A stretch of 64,000 bases of DNA, from IMG/VR virus record IMGVR_UViG_3300037183_000141, positions 12,464 to 76,463 of that record. One strand, written 5' to 3'. A program made the position numbers and the translations under genes. The DNA comes from a virus. Its lineage: Duplodnaviria > Caudoviricetes. This document shows, one piece after another, positions 1-8,367 of this stretch; position 1 is the first letter of the stretch; each line of letters starts with the position of its first letter. The notes beneath the pieces were generated by a model. The model was not told the origin of the DNA. It searched no databases and was given only the letters and a program-made list of their open reading frames with translations.

Positions 1-178
1 TGGCCCGGGCCACGATCCTGGCCAGGCTGGTCTTCCCGCAGCCCTTCGGGCCGCTGAACATCATCGACTGGTCGGCCAGGGTGTGGCCGCGACTCCGGGA
101 CAGGATCAGCCTCTTGATGCCGTCGTTCCCAAGGACGTCGGAGAAGCGGCGGGGCCTGTAGGCAAGGTCAAACGGCAT
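1..178 (-). CDS. dnaX: DNA polymerase III gamma/tau clamp-loader subunit, 5' end only (runs off the window)
   Basis: Not in the ORF track. Manual translation from ATG at 178 gives MPFDLAYRPRRFSDVLGNDGIKRLILSRSRGHTLADQSMMFSGPKGCGKTSLARIVARA: the DnaX YRP..F.DV.G start and a Walker A GPKGCGKT. The start overlaps the stop of the upstream ORF. Confidence 0.9.
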   Translation of the reverse strand, partial: MPFDLAYRPRRFSDVLGNDGIKRLILSRSRGHTLADQSMMFSGPKGCGKTSLARIVARA

Positions 179-1889
179 CGGGAGGCCCGAGTAGAACGTA
201 TTTCATCTTCTGTTTCCCGAAGACCTTCACATAGCCATGCTTGACAGCATACTCTGATTCTTTCTGCCCCATGCGTGAGGCATGAGAGTATAAAGTTTTC
301 TTATGCATTATCCATCCGTCAGAGTTTACATAATAATAGTCAGGCTTGACGACGGAATGGAGAGCCCATCCGGCAGCCTTATATATGACCCCGGTGTGGT
401 CGAAGGTCGTGTCTGCGAAAGAGACGATGGCCTCCGTTTTTCGGGCCGAGAAGGCAAGTGCGGAAGACCTAGATAAAAACCATGAGGCGAAATTGCGCTT
501 ATGGCGAGATGGGTGTATGCAAAATCGGTCGAGCTCAAGCACAGATGAGTACTTCATCCCCATGGAGGTGGCAACCTCCTTCCGGACCGGCGTGGAGAAC
601 TTAGCGACGGCCAATAGATTATCCCCGAGAAAAGCTCCGACCGAGACGAAGGCGGACCTACCATATCTCCCGTAATGGAAAGAATTCAGAAAATCTTCAG
701 CCAGCCTGAATTTCGACGATGGGGAAGACTCTCTAGTGATCAGCCTTACCATGACATCACGCATGGAGAAGTCTTCGAGAACTGACGCTGCGTCCCCATG
801 AATGAAACCGAGGATCTTCTGGCGAACGCCATGAGGGTTCAGGTAGTCGCGTTCATCAAGGTAGAAAACATGATGATCAGGATGAGAGGCGGACACGTAC
901 GAAAACTTGGAGGCATCGTTATGCTTAGCCCGCGGGAGCGAATGCCAGTATTCACCTTGGACCTCGATGAGAATTCGGTGGTCCGGAAGGAAGAAGTCGA
1001 AGACGTATGGGCCTATGGCCTTCTGCTCTTCCCATCGGATCGCAAGAGAATCAAGTATCCGAGCGGTCACGATCTCCGGCATAGATCTCCTGCCAGAGGC
1101 AAGAGATGAAGCCCTAATGGCAGCGAACCTGTCACGGAACGAAGGGTCATCCCATTGCGCCCGAGAGGCCTTGACTATCTTGGAACGATATTCATCTCTG
1201 GTCCAAAGCTGTCTCAAAGCCTCACTTTGACAAGCCCTGTAGATTGGATCCGACCAGAGAAGATTAGCGGTGGCCCGCTTCATGGAGCGAAACCCATCGC
1301 CGGACATGAGACAACGCATGAGGACGCCGTAATCCTGTTCCCACTTATTCTTGACGGAGTCGGATATTCTCTTCCTGTAAGAATCATTCGACCACATCTT
1401 CTTCATCCTATTGCTCTGAGATAGGGCGAAAGAGCCGTCATCGAGGAGTTCTATCATGGCGTTCGAGTAAGCGTTCATATACTCTGGCGACTCCATGACA
1501 GAACGTAAAGAAACAGCCCTCTTTGAGGCATATGTCTGATCGCCCCACAGAATAATGGAAGCCTTACTTCGTGCTTCCCTAGATCCAGGAAGAGCCCAGT
1601 ATTTTTTCGAAGAACAGAGCTGAGAAGCCCTGTACTCATCGGATTCCCATAGCTTCTTGGATCTAATTGATTTCCCGGAGACGAAAGAAGGGTCAGTACG
1701 TCTACACTTCGGGCACAGATAGTTACCGAACTTCGAGAAGGTTCGGAAAAAACATCTCTTTGTCGTGCGATGAGTTAGCAAGCAGGACGGGCACAAGAGG
1801 ATCACTCTTGAAGTCCCCTTGTTAGGGGGTCCGAACTCTGTCTCAGTCTTCTCAGCGTCAATATGTGCGAGAAGTGCGTCCATATTCAT
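168..1889 (-). CDS. Multidomain protein: Zn finger, W-x4-[YF]R helical repeats, DUF559/Vsr-like endonuclease and C-terminal Mom-like GNAT domain
   Basis: CPSC..CPKC; about 11 repeats such as LWESDEYR, MWSNDSYR, LWSDPIYR; YVFDFFLP..ILIEVQGEYWH; FLNSFHY..LELDRFCIHP..NFASWFLS..IVSFADTTFDHTGVIYKAAGW, as in the Mu Mom family. Lower GC than its neighbours. Confidence 0.75.
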   Translation of the reverse strand: MNMDALLAHIDAEKTETEFGPPNKGTSRVILLCPSCLLTHRTTKRCFFRTFSKFGNYLCPKCRRTDPSFVSGKSIRSKKLWESDEYRASQLCSSKKYWALPGSREARSKASIILWGDQTYASKRAVSLRSVMESPEYMNAYSNAMIELLDDGSFALSQSNRMKKMWSNDSYRKRISDSVKNKWEQDYGVLMRCLMSGDGFRSMKRATANLLWSDPIYRACQSEALRQLWTRDEYRSKIVKASRAQWDDPSFRDRFAAIRASSLASGRRSMPEIVTARILDSLAIRWEEQKAIGPYVFDFFLPDHRILIEVQGEYWHSLPRAKHNDASKFSYVSASHPDHHVFYLDERDYLNPHGVRQKILGFIHGDAASVLEDFSMRDVMVRLITRESSPSSKFRLAEDFLNSFHYGRYGRSAFVSVGAFLGDNLLAVAKFSTPVRKEVATSMGMKYSSVLELDRFCIHPSRHKRNFASWFLSRSSALAFSARKTEAIVSFADTTFDHTGVIYKAAGWALHSVVKPDYYYVNSDGWIMHKKTLYSHASRMGQKESEYAVKHGYVKVFGKQKMKYVLLGPPDAV

Positions 1890-1898
1890 GGACGCACT

Positions 1899-2372
1899 TT
1901 ACCGGCGAAGACACTTCTCGATTTCCACCAGGCCTTCATTCCATTGACCATGGCGCTCAGCGATCTCGGTGAACTCCTGTACCTCGGGAAGGACGATCTT
2001 ATATTTCATCGTCCCATTCTCCTCATCCTCTTCACCGACGATGCGGGTCAGAAGATGATCGACCAGGGCGATGCGCTGGTGCGGCTGAAGGTCGTTCCAG
2101 ACCTCGAGGGCGACCTCGACGGCCAGGTCCCTTTCAGTGAGATACTCCCACTTCCCGGTCATCTTGTAGACGTTGCCGGCCACGGGACGTCCGCCGCGCT
2201 TTGCGGCGATGTTACGGCACATGTATTCGATGCGGGCCGTGGAGAGATGCGGATGGTGCTTCGGGATTAGCTTCTGGGCTATCTCCGCCACCGAGTCCAT
2301 CTCGCCGAAGAGCAGGGGGACCTTCTCCGACTTCTTCTCTTTGTCACGCACTGCATCGTTCTCTTGGGACAT
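1899..2372 (-). CDS. Phage putative-metallopeptidase family protein with degenerate HExxH
   Basis: Family-like layout (AGNVYK..D..VEVALEVWNDL...IALVDH), but HExxH reads HLLTR. Confidence 0.6.
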   Translation of the reverse strand: MSQENDAVRDKEKKSEKVPLLFGEMDSVAEIAQKLIPKHHPHLSTARIEYMCRNIAAKRGGRPVAGNVYKMTGKWEYLTERDLAVEVALEVWNDLQPHQRIALVDHLLTRIVGEEDEENGTMKYKIVLPEVQEFTEIAERHGQWNEGLVEIEKCLRR

Positions 2373-2376
2373 TGCT

Positions 2377-3177
2377 TCAGAACTCCGTTCTTATCTTGTC
2401 GAGAAAATACTGGCGGAAGGCCTCGTCGCCCACCCGCTTCCAGAAGTCGCCAAGGTCTTTCTCCTTGGGCTTGCGGCAAGGATAGCGTACGTCTCGGACA
2501 TTCATTCGAGACGCATTCCTCTCGCGGAAAGCGGCGAAGCCGTCTCTTCCGGCCTTGTCCATGTCCAGGCACATGTTCACGGAGGAGGCAAAGCGACGGA
2601 CAAAGCGGACCTGGTCGAAGCTCGGGGCGCTGGTCGTGAGGGCCAGGACGTTTGGGGCGACCAGGCGCTCGAGGACGAGATGGTCGGGGGCGCCCTCGAC
2701 CAGAAAGACCTCCTTCCGGGCCCAGATGGGGGATACGGCCATGGAGGTTCCGAAGAAGTAGCCCTCGGGCCGTCGCTTAAGAAGGAAGGTATCATACTCC
2801 TTCTCGACCAGGGAGCGGATTTGTATTCCGACCATGGAGCCGGAGTAGCTCGTCAGCGGAAAAACGACACAGCCGTTGAGCTTCCGGCCCGGAAGCGGGG
2901 TCTTCTGCTCGTCGTCCTCGGACTCCTTCTCCCACTTCGTGGACCAACGGAGGAAGCGGCAGCTGTCACACCACTCGCGCCGCCGGTCCATGTCGCCGCA
3001 GGCGACGCCGTGCTCCGGGTCGCGGCCGATCTCCGGCATGTAGTCGCCGCCGGCATAGCCGAGGCGGTGCCGGGCCACCTGGTCATCGGACACCCCGCGG
3101 CCAAGAAGGTATGAGCGACCCTCCTCGGAGTCCGTCAGGCATCCGGCGGACCACTCGAGGAAGGCGTCAAGGAACAG
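2377..3177 (-). CDS. DNA primase-like Toprim protein (start uncertain, likely upstream of the GTG at 3093)
   Basis: Toprim motifs FLVEGAPD and CLDMDKAGRDG; SYLLGRGVSDDQVARHRLGY typical of primases; CxxC insert. The frame is open back to CTG at 3177. Confidence 0.75.
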   Translation of the reverse strand: MFLDAFLEWSAGCLTDSEEGRSYLLGRGVSDDQVARHRLGYAGGDYMPEIGRDPEHGVACGDMDRRREWCDSCRFLRWSTKWEKESEDDEQKTPLPGRKLNGCVVFPLTSYSGSMVGIQIRSLVEKEYDTFLLKRRPEGYFFGTSMAVSPIWARKEVFLVEGAPDHLVLERLVAPNVLALTTSAPSFDQVRFVRRFASSVNMCLDMDKAGRDGFAAFRERNASRMNVRDVRYPCRKPKEKDLGDFWKRVGDEAFRQYFLDKIRTEF

Positions 3178-3180
3178 AGG

Positions 3181-3849
3181 TCACCCCTGGGGGCAGAAGG
3201 CGAGGCCGAGCTCCACATTGTGGAGCAGGATGGCGGCCCCTCCGTTCATGAACTGCGTGTACATGCCGACCATGTCTGGCCGGGAGAAGAACACGGGCAT
3301 GGGGACGTCGTGGAATATGACCCGGCAGCACTTTGCGAACTTACGCTCCCCCGGGTCGTACTCGATCCCGAAGAAGACCTTGGCGGCCTTCTCGTCCCAG
3401 GAGGTCGGAACGAGGCACGCATGGGGCTGGAACTTGAGCCCGGAGTTCTCCTGGACGTACTCGAACGCTTTCTTGGCGGCGCCCTTTCCGGTGAAGGAGT
3501 TCTTGAACGTCCCCTGGACCGTCTTCTCGATAGGGACGCCTACCATCTTCCCGCGCACGCGGCGCTTGACCCTCTCCAGGACGGTATGAGATCCGCCGAC
3601 CGACAGGCCGAAGGCGACGGAGAGCATGGGCCCTATGACGGCGTCCAGCTTGTCGGAGTCGCAGTCGAACACGCCGACGCCGGCCAGGCCGCTCTCCTGA
3701 GGGCCCTTGGAGATCAAGAACTTCCCGCGGGTGCCGCTGACAACGGCCGGAAAGCTCTCCTTGGACACAGGGACCTCAAGCATTAGGGGGATGGGGGTCC
3801 CGCCGCGCGAGCGGTGGAGGTCATGGTCAAGAAGCTCGGTCAGAAGCAT
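3181..3849 (-). CDS. Hypothetical protein
   Basis: 222 aa, high GC3, abuts neighbours in the minus-strand operon. Confidence 0.6.
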   Translation of the reverse strand: MLLTELLDHDLHRSRGGTPIPLMLEVPVSKESFPAVVSGTRGKFLISKGPQESGLAGVGVFDCDSDKLDAVIGPMLSVAFGLSVGGSHTVLERVKRRVRGKMVGVPIEKTVQGTFKNSFTGKGAAKKAFEYVQENSGLKFQPHACLVPTSWDEKAAKVFFGIEYDPGERKFAKCCRVIFHDVPMPVFFSRPDMVGMYTQFMNGGAAILLHNVELGLAFCPQG

Positions 3850-3850
3850 A

Positions 3851-4420
3851 TCACTCCCTCCATATATCCTCGAGCTCCCGGTCTACCTCCCCGGAAGCGC
3901 CAGGGGGAGGGAGAACGGGGACCTTCGGAAGATACTTTCCGACGAAGAAAGCCACCAGGCGCCGATACCAGGGAAGGCGGGGCCGACGGTCCCCGAGCGC
4001 CCACTGGAGGGCAGCCAGGTCGCGCAGGTTATCGAAGACGTACTTGTCGTCCGCGAGCAGGGACATGAAGTCGTCCGTGGCCTCCTGGGCGGACCTAAGG
4101 GGGATAAAGAACCTGCAGGTCGGGGCTATGGACTCGTCGTCGCAGACATCGCCGGACCACTTGGCCGGATTATCGGCCCCGTACATGCAGATCCGGACCG
4201 GACGGTCCTCCTGAATGACGAGAAGTGTCGTGACCTTCCTCGGGGCCAGGTCAAGCTCGGTCGAGAGGTCGGACTGGGAATAAGGGAGATTCCGGACGGC
4301 CACCTCTTTATTGAAGACACAATTGTCGTGCCGCCTCTCTTGGGAGAGGACGACATACCTTCGAAGATACCTGTCTCGAAGGCGCTCAGCCCTCTTGCGG
4401 ACGACGGACTCTGGCTTCAC
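3851..4420 (-). CDS. Hypothetical protein
   Basis: 189 aa in operon context with scattered Cys. Confidence 0.6.
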   Translation of the reverse strand: MKPESVVRKRAERLRDRYLRRYVVLSQERRHDNCVFNKEVAVRNLPYSQSDLSTELDLAPRKVTTLLVIQEDRPVRICMYGADNPAKWSGDVCDDESIAPTCRFFIPLRSAQEATDDFMSLLADDKYVFDNLRDLAALQWALGDRRPRLPWYRRLVAFFVGKYLPKVPVLPPPGASGEVDRELEDIWRE

Positions 4421-4429
4421 GGGGAAACC

Positions 4430-5065
4430 CTACGCGCGACGGCGAAGACGGAGGGACTTCATCTCCCCGGGGGGCTGATCGACATACCCCTCGTAGGAGA
4501 GGTGGGCGTTCGACATGAATTCGTCGTTATGGGTGACCATGAAGATGTTGATCCCGGTCTCCTCAGAGAGCTGCTTCATGAAGTCGGCGGCCGACGGGAC
4601 GTACCGGTTGGCCAGAGCGAACATCGACTCGTCGAGAAGCAGAAGGTTCGACATCTTCAGACGAGCCATGATGGCGACGCGGAGGACGAAGGAGGCTACG
4701 ACGGCTGCGCCGCCGCCGAACGAGGACATCGGGTCGGCCTCAACACCATCCTCCTCGATGGAGAACCTCATGGCGAGACGGTTATACTTCGGCTCCTGGA
4801 TGATGCGGAACGTCAGCTGCTGGTCGTAGATAATGTGGCGAAGCGCGGTCGTGACGAGGGACGCGATGGAGTCCACGTTCGAACGCAGAAGGTCCTCGAG
4901 CCAGTTCTTGACGACCTCGGAGCCCTTCTGGTTCAGGTCGGCCTTATGCCTGGCGGCGGCGATGAAAGTGGTGGCCGTGGACATCTGAATGCGAAGGACA
5001 TCCCGGTTTGCCTTGACGGCGGCGATGTCCTCCCGCAGTCTCTTGAGACGCTCCACCCTGGTCAC
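4430..5065 (-). CDS. SbcC/Rad50-like ABC ATPase, C-terminal half only
   Basis: Coiled coil, then signature-like SFGGG, Walker B LLLLDE and H-loop MVTHN. No Walker A. Confidence 0.75.
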   Translation of the reverse strand: MTRVERLKRLREDIAAVKANRDVLRIQMSTATTFIAAARHKADLNQKGSEVVKNWLEDLLRSNVDSIASLVTTALRHIIYDQQLTFRIIQEPKYNRLAMRFSIEEDGVEADPMSSFGGGAAVVASFVLRVAIMARLKMSNLLLLDESMFALANRYVPSAADFMKQLSEETGINIFMVTHNDEFMSNAHLSYEGYVDQPPGEMKSLRLRRRA

Positions 5066-6180
5066 CGCTGCACCATCGCCTTCATATAGTGGAAGACAGA
5101 GAAGCCCGAAGGTTGGTCCTTGGGGGAAAGACAGAGGAGAGTCGGGTCCTCCGGATGGTTGTAGGAGATCCGGACGTCGCCGTCGATGTGGTCGACGATG
5201 TGCTTGAAGTTCTTGACCTGGAAGTCGGCGTCGAGCTCGCCGCGGTCATAGGAGTCGAGGGCGAAGTCCGATATCTTCTCGTTGTTGTAGTCCATCACCA
5301 GGCGGTCGGAGCTCGACTGGAAGCGGACGCGGCTCGTCCCCTCGTCCTGAACCACGGTCCCGGCCCAGGCCAAAGCCTTCGAGAGCTGGTCTTTCTTGAT
5401 GACGGCTGAATAGTGGAATAGGCTATTGTCGGCCAGGACAGCCGGGGGCCGCCTCCCGGAGACGCGCGTCAAGGACAGGCAGGAGAGCCCGTCCGAGACA
5501 TACATGCGGTTCTTGTCCTGTGAGAACTGGAGAAGGCCGACCGAGGCCCTGGAGGCGAAAGTGCGGATGGCCGGGGCGTCCGTGCCGATGATGCTGAAGT
5601 CGGGGACGTCGATATCGTTCAAGCGGACGACGGTCCCGTAGAACCTCGTGGTGGAGACGGCGCAGCGCTTGTCGGAGTAGAAGTGAATCTGGTTTATCCG
5701 CATCTCCTCCTCCGTCTTTCCGACGACGGCCGAGCACATGAGGTGTCCCAGGACAGGCTCTATAACGTCTTTGCGGACGGCCAGGACGGACTCGACGTCG
5801 GCCGGGACGACGCCGTTCGGGACGGCGGTCCTCTTGGACCGCTTCGCGCGGCGCTTGAGGCTTGCCTGACGGCTCTGCCCGCCCCCCTCGGCCTTGACCG
5901 AGAGGGATCCCTCGTTGATCTTAATGGTGACCGACTCGAGGTCGGAGTCGAACAGGGAGGTACGCTCCGGGGTCACGTAGAACTCCTCGGATCGGAAGTC
6001 AGCCGGGACGTCCGCGGAGACGTAGCTGACGGAAGACCGGACATAGCGCCGCTTGTCGTACGAGAAGACGACGAGGCCGTCCTTCTCGAACCGCATGCAG
6101 AAGTCCCCGGCCTCGGGCTTCACGATCCTGGCCATCGTGAAGCCGTCGCCAACGGCCTTGGAGCTAAATACGAACTTCAT
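5062..6180 (-). CDS. dnaN: DNA sliding clamp, Pol III beta-like
   Basis: 372 aa (beta-clamp size), repeated beta/alpha pattern, AVVGKTEEEMRINQIHF..AVSTTRF resembling beta domain II; dnaX, holA and holB are in the same block. Confidence 0.6.
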   Translation of the reverse strand: MKFVFSSKAVGDGFTMARIVKPEAGDFCMRFEKDGLVVFSYDKRRYVRSSVSYVSADVPADFRSEEFYVTPERTSLFDSDLESVTIKINEGSLSVKAEGGGQSRQASLKRRAKRSKRTAVPNGVVPADVESVLAVRKDVIEPVLGHLMCSAVVGKTEEEMRINQIHFYSDKRCAVSTTRFYGTVVRLNDIDVPDFSIIGTDAPAIRTFASRASVGLLQFSQDKNRMYVSDGLSCLSLTRVSGRRPPAVLADNSLFHYSAVIKKDQLSKALAWAGTVVQDEGTSRVRFQSSSDRLVMDYNNEKISDFALDSYDRGELDADFQVKNFKHIVDHIDGDVRISYNHPEDPTLLCLSPKDQPSGFSVFHYMKAMVQR

Positions 6181-6482
6181 CCCTTCCTGATCTCTTCCAG
6201 CATCGGGCGCACGACGGCCTCGGAGGTGGCCAAGTCGGACTCCAGGACCTCGAGCTTGGTACGCTCGACCTCGATCTTGTGGAGCAGGTCGGCCTTCAGG
6301 TTGTTCGGGTCGAAGCCCTCTTTCTCGACGTCATCCATCAGCTTCTTCAGGCTGCGGCGACGAGCCTCGAGCTCGGCCAGGATGGTCTGCTTGTTCTGCT
6401 GCAGGGTCTCCCTGCGCGCGAGCAGAGTCTTGGAGCGCTTGGAAAGAGTCTCGATCTCGCTGACGATATCTAGTTCGCTCAT
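6177..6482 (-). CDS. Small coiled-coil protein
   Basis: 101 aa heptad-rich helix; GTGA/ATGA-type overlap with the clamp gene. Confidence 0.6.
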   Translation of the reverse strand: MSELDIVSEIETLSKRSKTLLARRETLQQNKQTILAELEARRRSLKKLMDDVEKEGFDPNNLKADLLHKIEVERTKLEVLESDLATSEAVVRPMLEEIRKG

Positions 6483-6497
6483 CTGGGGTCCTTCAGG

Positions 6498-7334
6498 TTA
6501 CATCTGATCGAGGTCGAACGTCGTGCTCACGACCCGGGCAGCCTCCACGCGGACGGAGGAGACGAACTCGGTCCCCTCCTCGCACCCGGAAAGATAGTCG
6601 CAACGACGGCAGTTGATGGACGGAGTGGCGCCGAAAACCTTCAGACGGACCTTCTCCTCGGTATCGAAGGCGCGATCGATGACCTCGCGCATATCGTTCG
6701 CCCCGTAGTCAACCCACTGGAGCGGGTCGCTCGGAAAGCGCCAGTAGATAAAGCCGATGCGGTCCGGGGCAACCCTGTACTTGAGATAGTGGAGCGTCGC
6801 GTACCAGATGAGCTGCATCGAGTCGACGTAGGCCTCCCGGTACTTCGAGCCCTTTCCGTCCTGGATGGTGACGCTCCCCTGCCCAGCCCGGTGCAGGAAG
6901 TCGGCGCGGCCGCCAAACTTCATGGTGATGTCGCCCCTCGTGTACTCCTGGGTGAGGTCGAACTCGGCCACGGAGCCCGGGGTCACCAGCCTGTGCTGAC
7001 GGATGACGTCGACGGTGGTCGGGACGTAGGTCTCGATGTCGTTCTTTAGGGAGACCGCGAAGTGCCGGTCTTCCGCGAGGTCATACTTCTTCTCGGCGCA
7101 AACCTGGGCGATGGCGGCTTTAACCCACGACATGACGAGGGCGGTCGGGTTCTTCTTCAGGTAGGCCTTTCGTTCATAGAACCACTCGAACAGCTTGCCC
7201 ATGACCGAGCCGAACAGGGAGTTCTTGGGGTCCGAGAACACCCGGAGCTTGTCCACGTACTGAAGCCGATACTTCTTCGGGCACAGCCGATAGGTGGACA
7301 TCCCGGAGTAGCTGAGGTAGAACGGCTCCTTCAT
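6498..7334 (-). CDS. PD-(D/E)XK RecB/AddB-family exonuclease with Fe-S-type cysteines
   Basis: YLSYSGMSTYRLCPKKY, GRADFL..IQDGK, QLIWYA, C-terminal CRRCDYLSGC. Confidence 0.8.
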   Translation of the reverse strand: MKEPFYLSYSGMSTYRLCPKKYRLQYVDKLRVFSDPKNSLFGSVMGKLFEWFYERKAYLKKNPTALVMSWVKAAIAQVCAEKKYDLAEDRHFAVSLKNDIETYVPTTVDVIRQHRLVTPGSVAEFDLTQEYTRGDITMKFGGRADFLHRAGQGSVTIQDGKGSKYREAYVDSMQLIWYATLHYLKYRVAPDRIGFIYWRFPSDPLQWVDYGANDMREVIDRAFDTEEKVRLKVFGATPSINCRRCDYLSGCEEGTEFVSSVRVEAARVVSTTFDLDQM

Positions 7335-8326
7335 GCCTCGACGTCACCGGTCTCGGCGGCCTCCATGGCGTCCAGGATGACGTTACGGAGCTCGTCCGGA
7401 TAGTCCGGGGAGGTGCGGAGGTGGGCGAGCTTCTCGTCCAGGCCGTAGTTCTCCATGGTCGTAGACTTGAGCTGCTTAATGAAGTCGTCGAGGCTCTTTC
7501 GGGAGCGCTCAACCTCCTTCTTCTTGTCCAGATCGAACACCTTGGAAGCGTCCTCGCACGGGATTTCATGGACGTCGACCGATATCCCGGACGAGGTGCA
7601 CGTGATGCTAGAGACCTTGGGACGGCGCTCGAGGTTCTCGAACGTCAGGGCGCCACGGGAGACGGCCCCGAGGTTTATAAACTGGGTCCCGAGGTGCTCC
7701 CGGACGCCCTGGTCCTTATGGTAGTGGCCGAAGACGTAGACGTCCGGGCAGCCGTCGAAGACGAGGTCGCGATAGTCGAACACAGTCTCGTTGAAGAACG
7801 ACTGAATGCGCTCCTCCGGGGCGTAGGCAGCCAGGGCGTGGACGACAGCTATCGTGTATGTGTCCCCGTCCTTCTTCCGGACGAGGTCCCTGAGCGTGTC
7901 GTGCGCCAGGTCGGTCGTGTAGTCGACGCCGACGACCCGGACGGACATTGAACCCGAGACGAACGTCTCGTCCTTCAGAGGGCGGAAGACGCCGGATTTC
8001 AGGAGCACGCCGAGCGGCTGACGCGGGATGGACTCCGGGTCGTTGAAGCTCATATCGTGGTTCCCGCATACCGAGTAGGTGGGGCACGAGTACCCGCGGT
8101 GGATGGCCGCCGCCTTGGCGAGCGTACCCATCGTGGTCTTATTGGCAGGCTTCACATGAATGAAGTCGCCCCCGCGGTGGACAGCGGCGCACTCAAGCCT
8201 GCGCGCGAGCTCGCCCTGCCATTCGAGCTTCGCGAGGATGGCGTCCTTATAGGAGTCTTTCCTATAGCCGGGGTTCTGGTCCGCCAGGTGCTCGTCGGTG
8301 GACGTGAGAAAGCGTATCGAGGACAT
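7331..8326 (-). CDS. SbcD/Mre11-like metallophosphoesterase nuclease
   Basis: STDEH, GGDFIH, GNHD, VVH, FGHYH motifs. Confidence 0.85.
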   Translation of the reverse strand: MSSIRFLTSTDEHLADQNPGYRKDSYKDAILAKLEWQGELARRLECAAVHRGGDFIHVKPANKTTMGTLAKAAAIHRGYSCPTYSVCGNHDMSFNDPESIPRQPLGVLLKSGVFRPLKDETFVSGSMSVRVVGVDYTTDLAHDTLRDLVRKKDGDTYTIAVVHALAAYAPEERIQSFFNETVFDYRDLVFDGCPDVYVFGHYHKDQGVREHLGTQFINLGAVSRGALTFENLERRPKVSSITCTSSGISVDVHEIPCEDASKVFDLDKKKEVERSRKSLDDFIKQLKSTTMENYGLDEKLAHLRTSPDYPDELRNVILDAMEAAETGDVEA

Positions 8327-8367
8327 ACCCCCGAGAGTACACCACGATGGCGTCCCTTACGAGGGGA

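Noticed and set aside
6498-7334. Cas4
   Set aside because: It sits in an SbcD/RecD2 recombination operon with no cas1/cas2; a generic RecB-family call fits better
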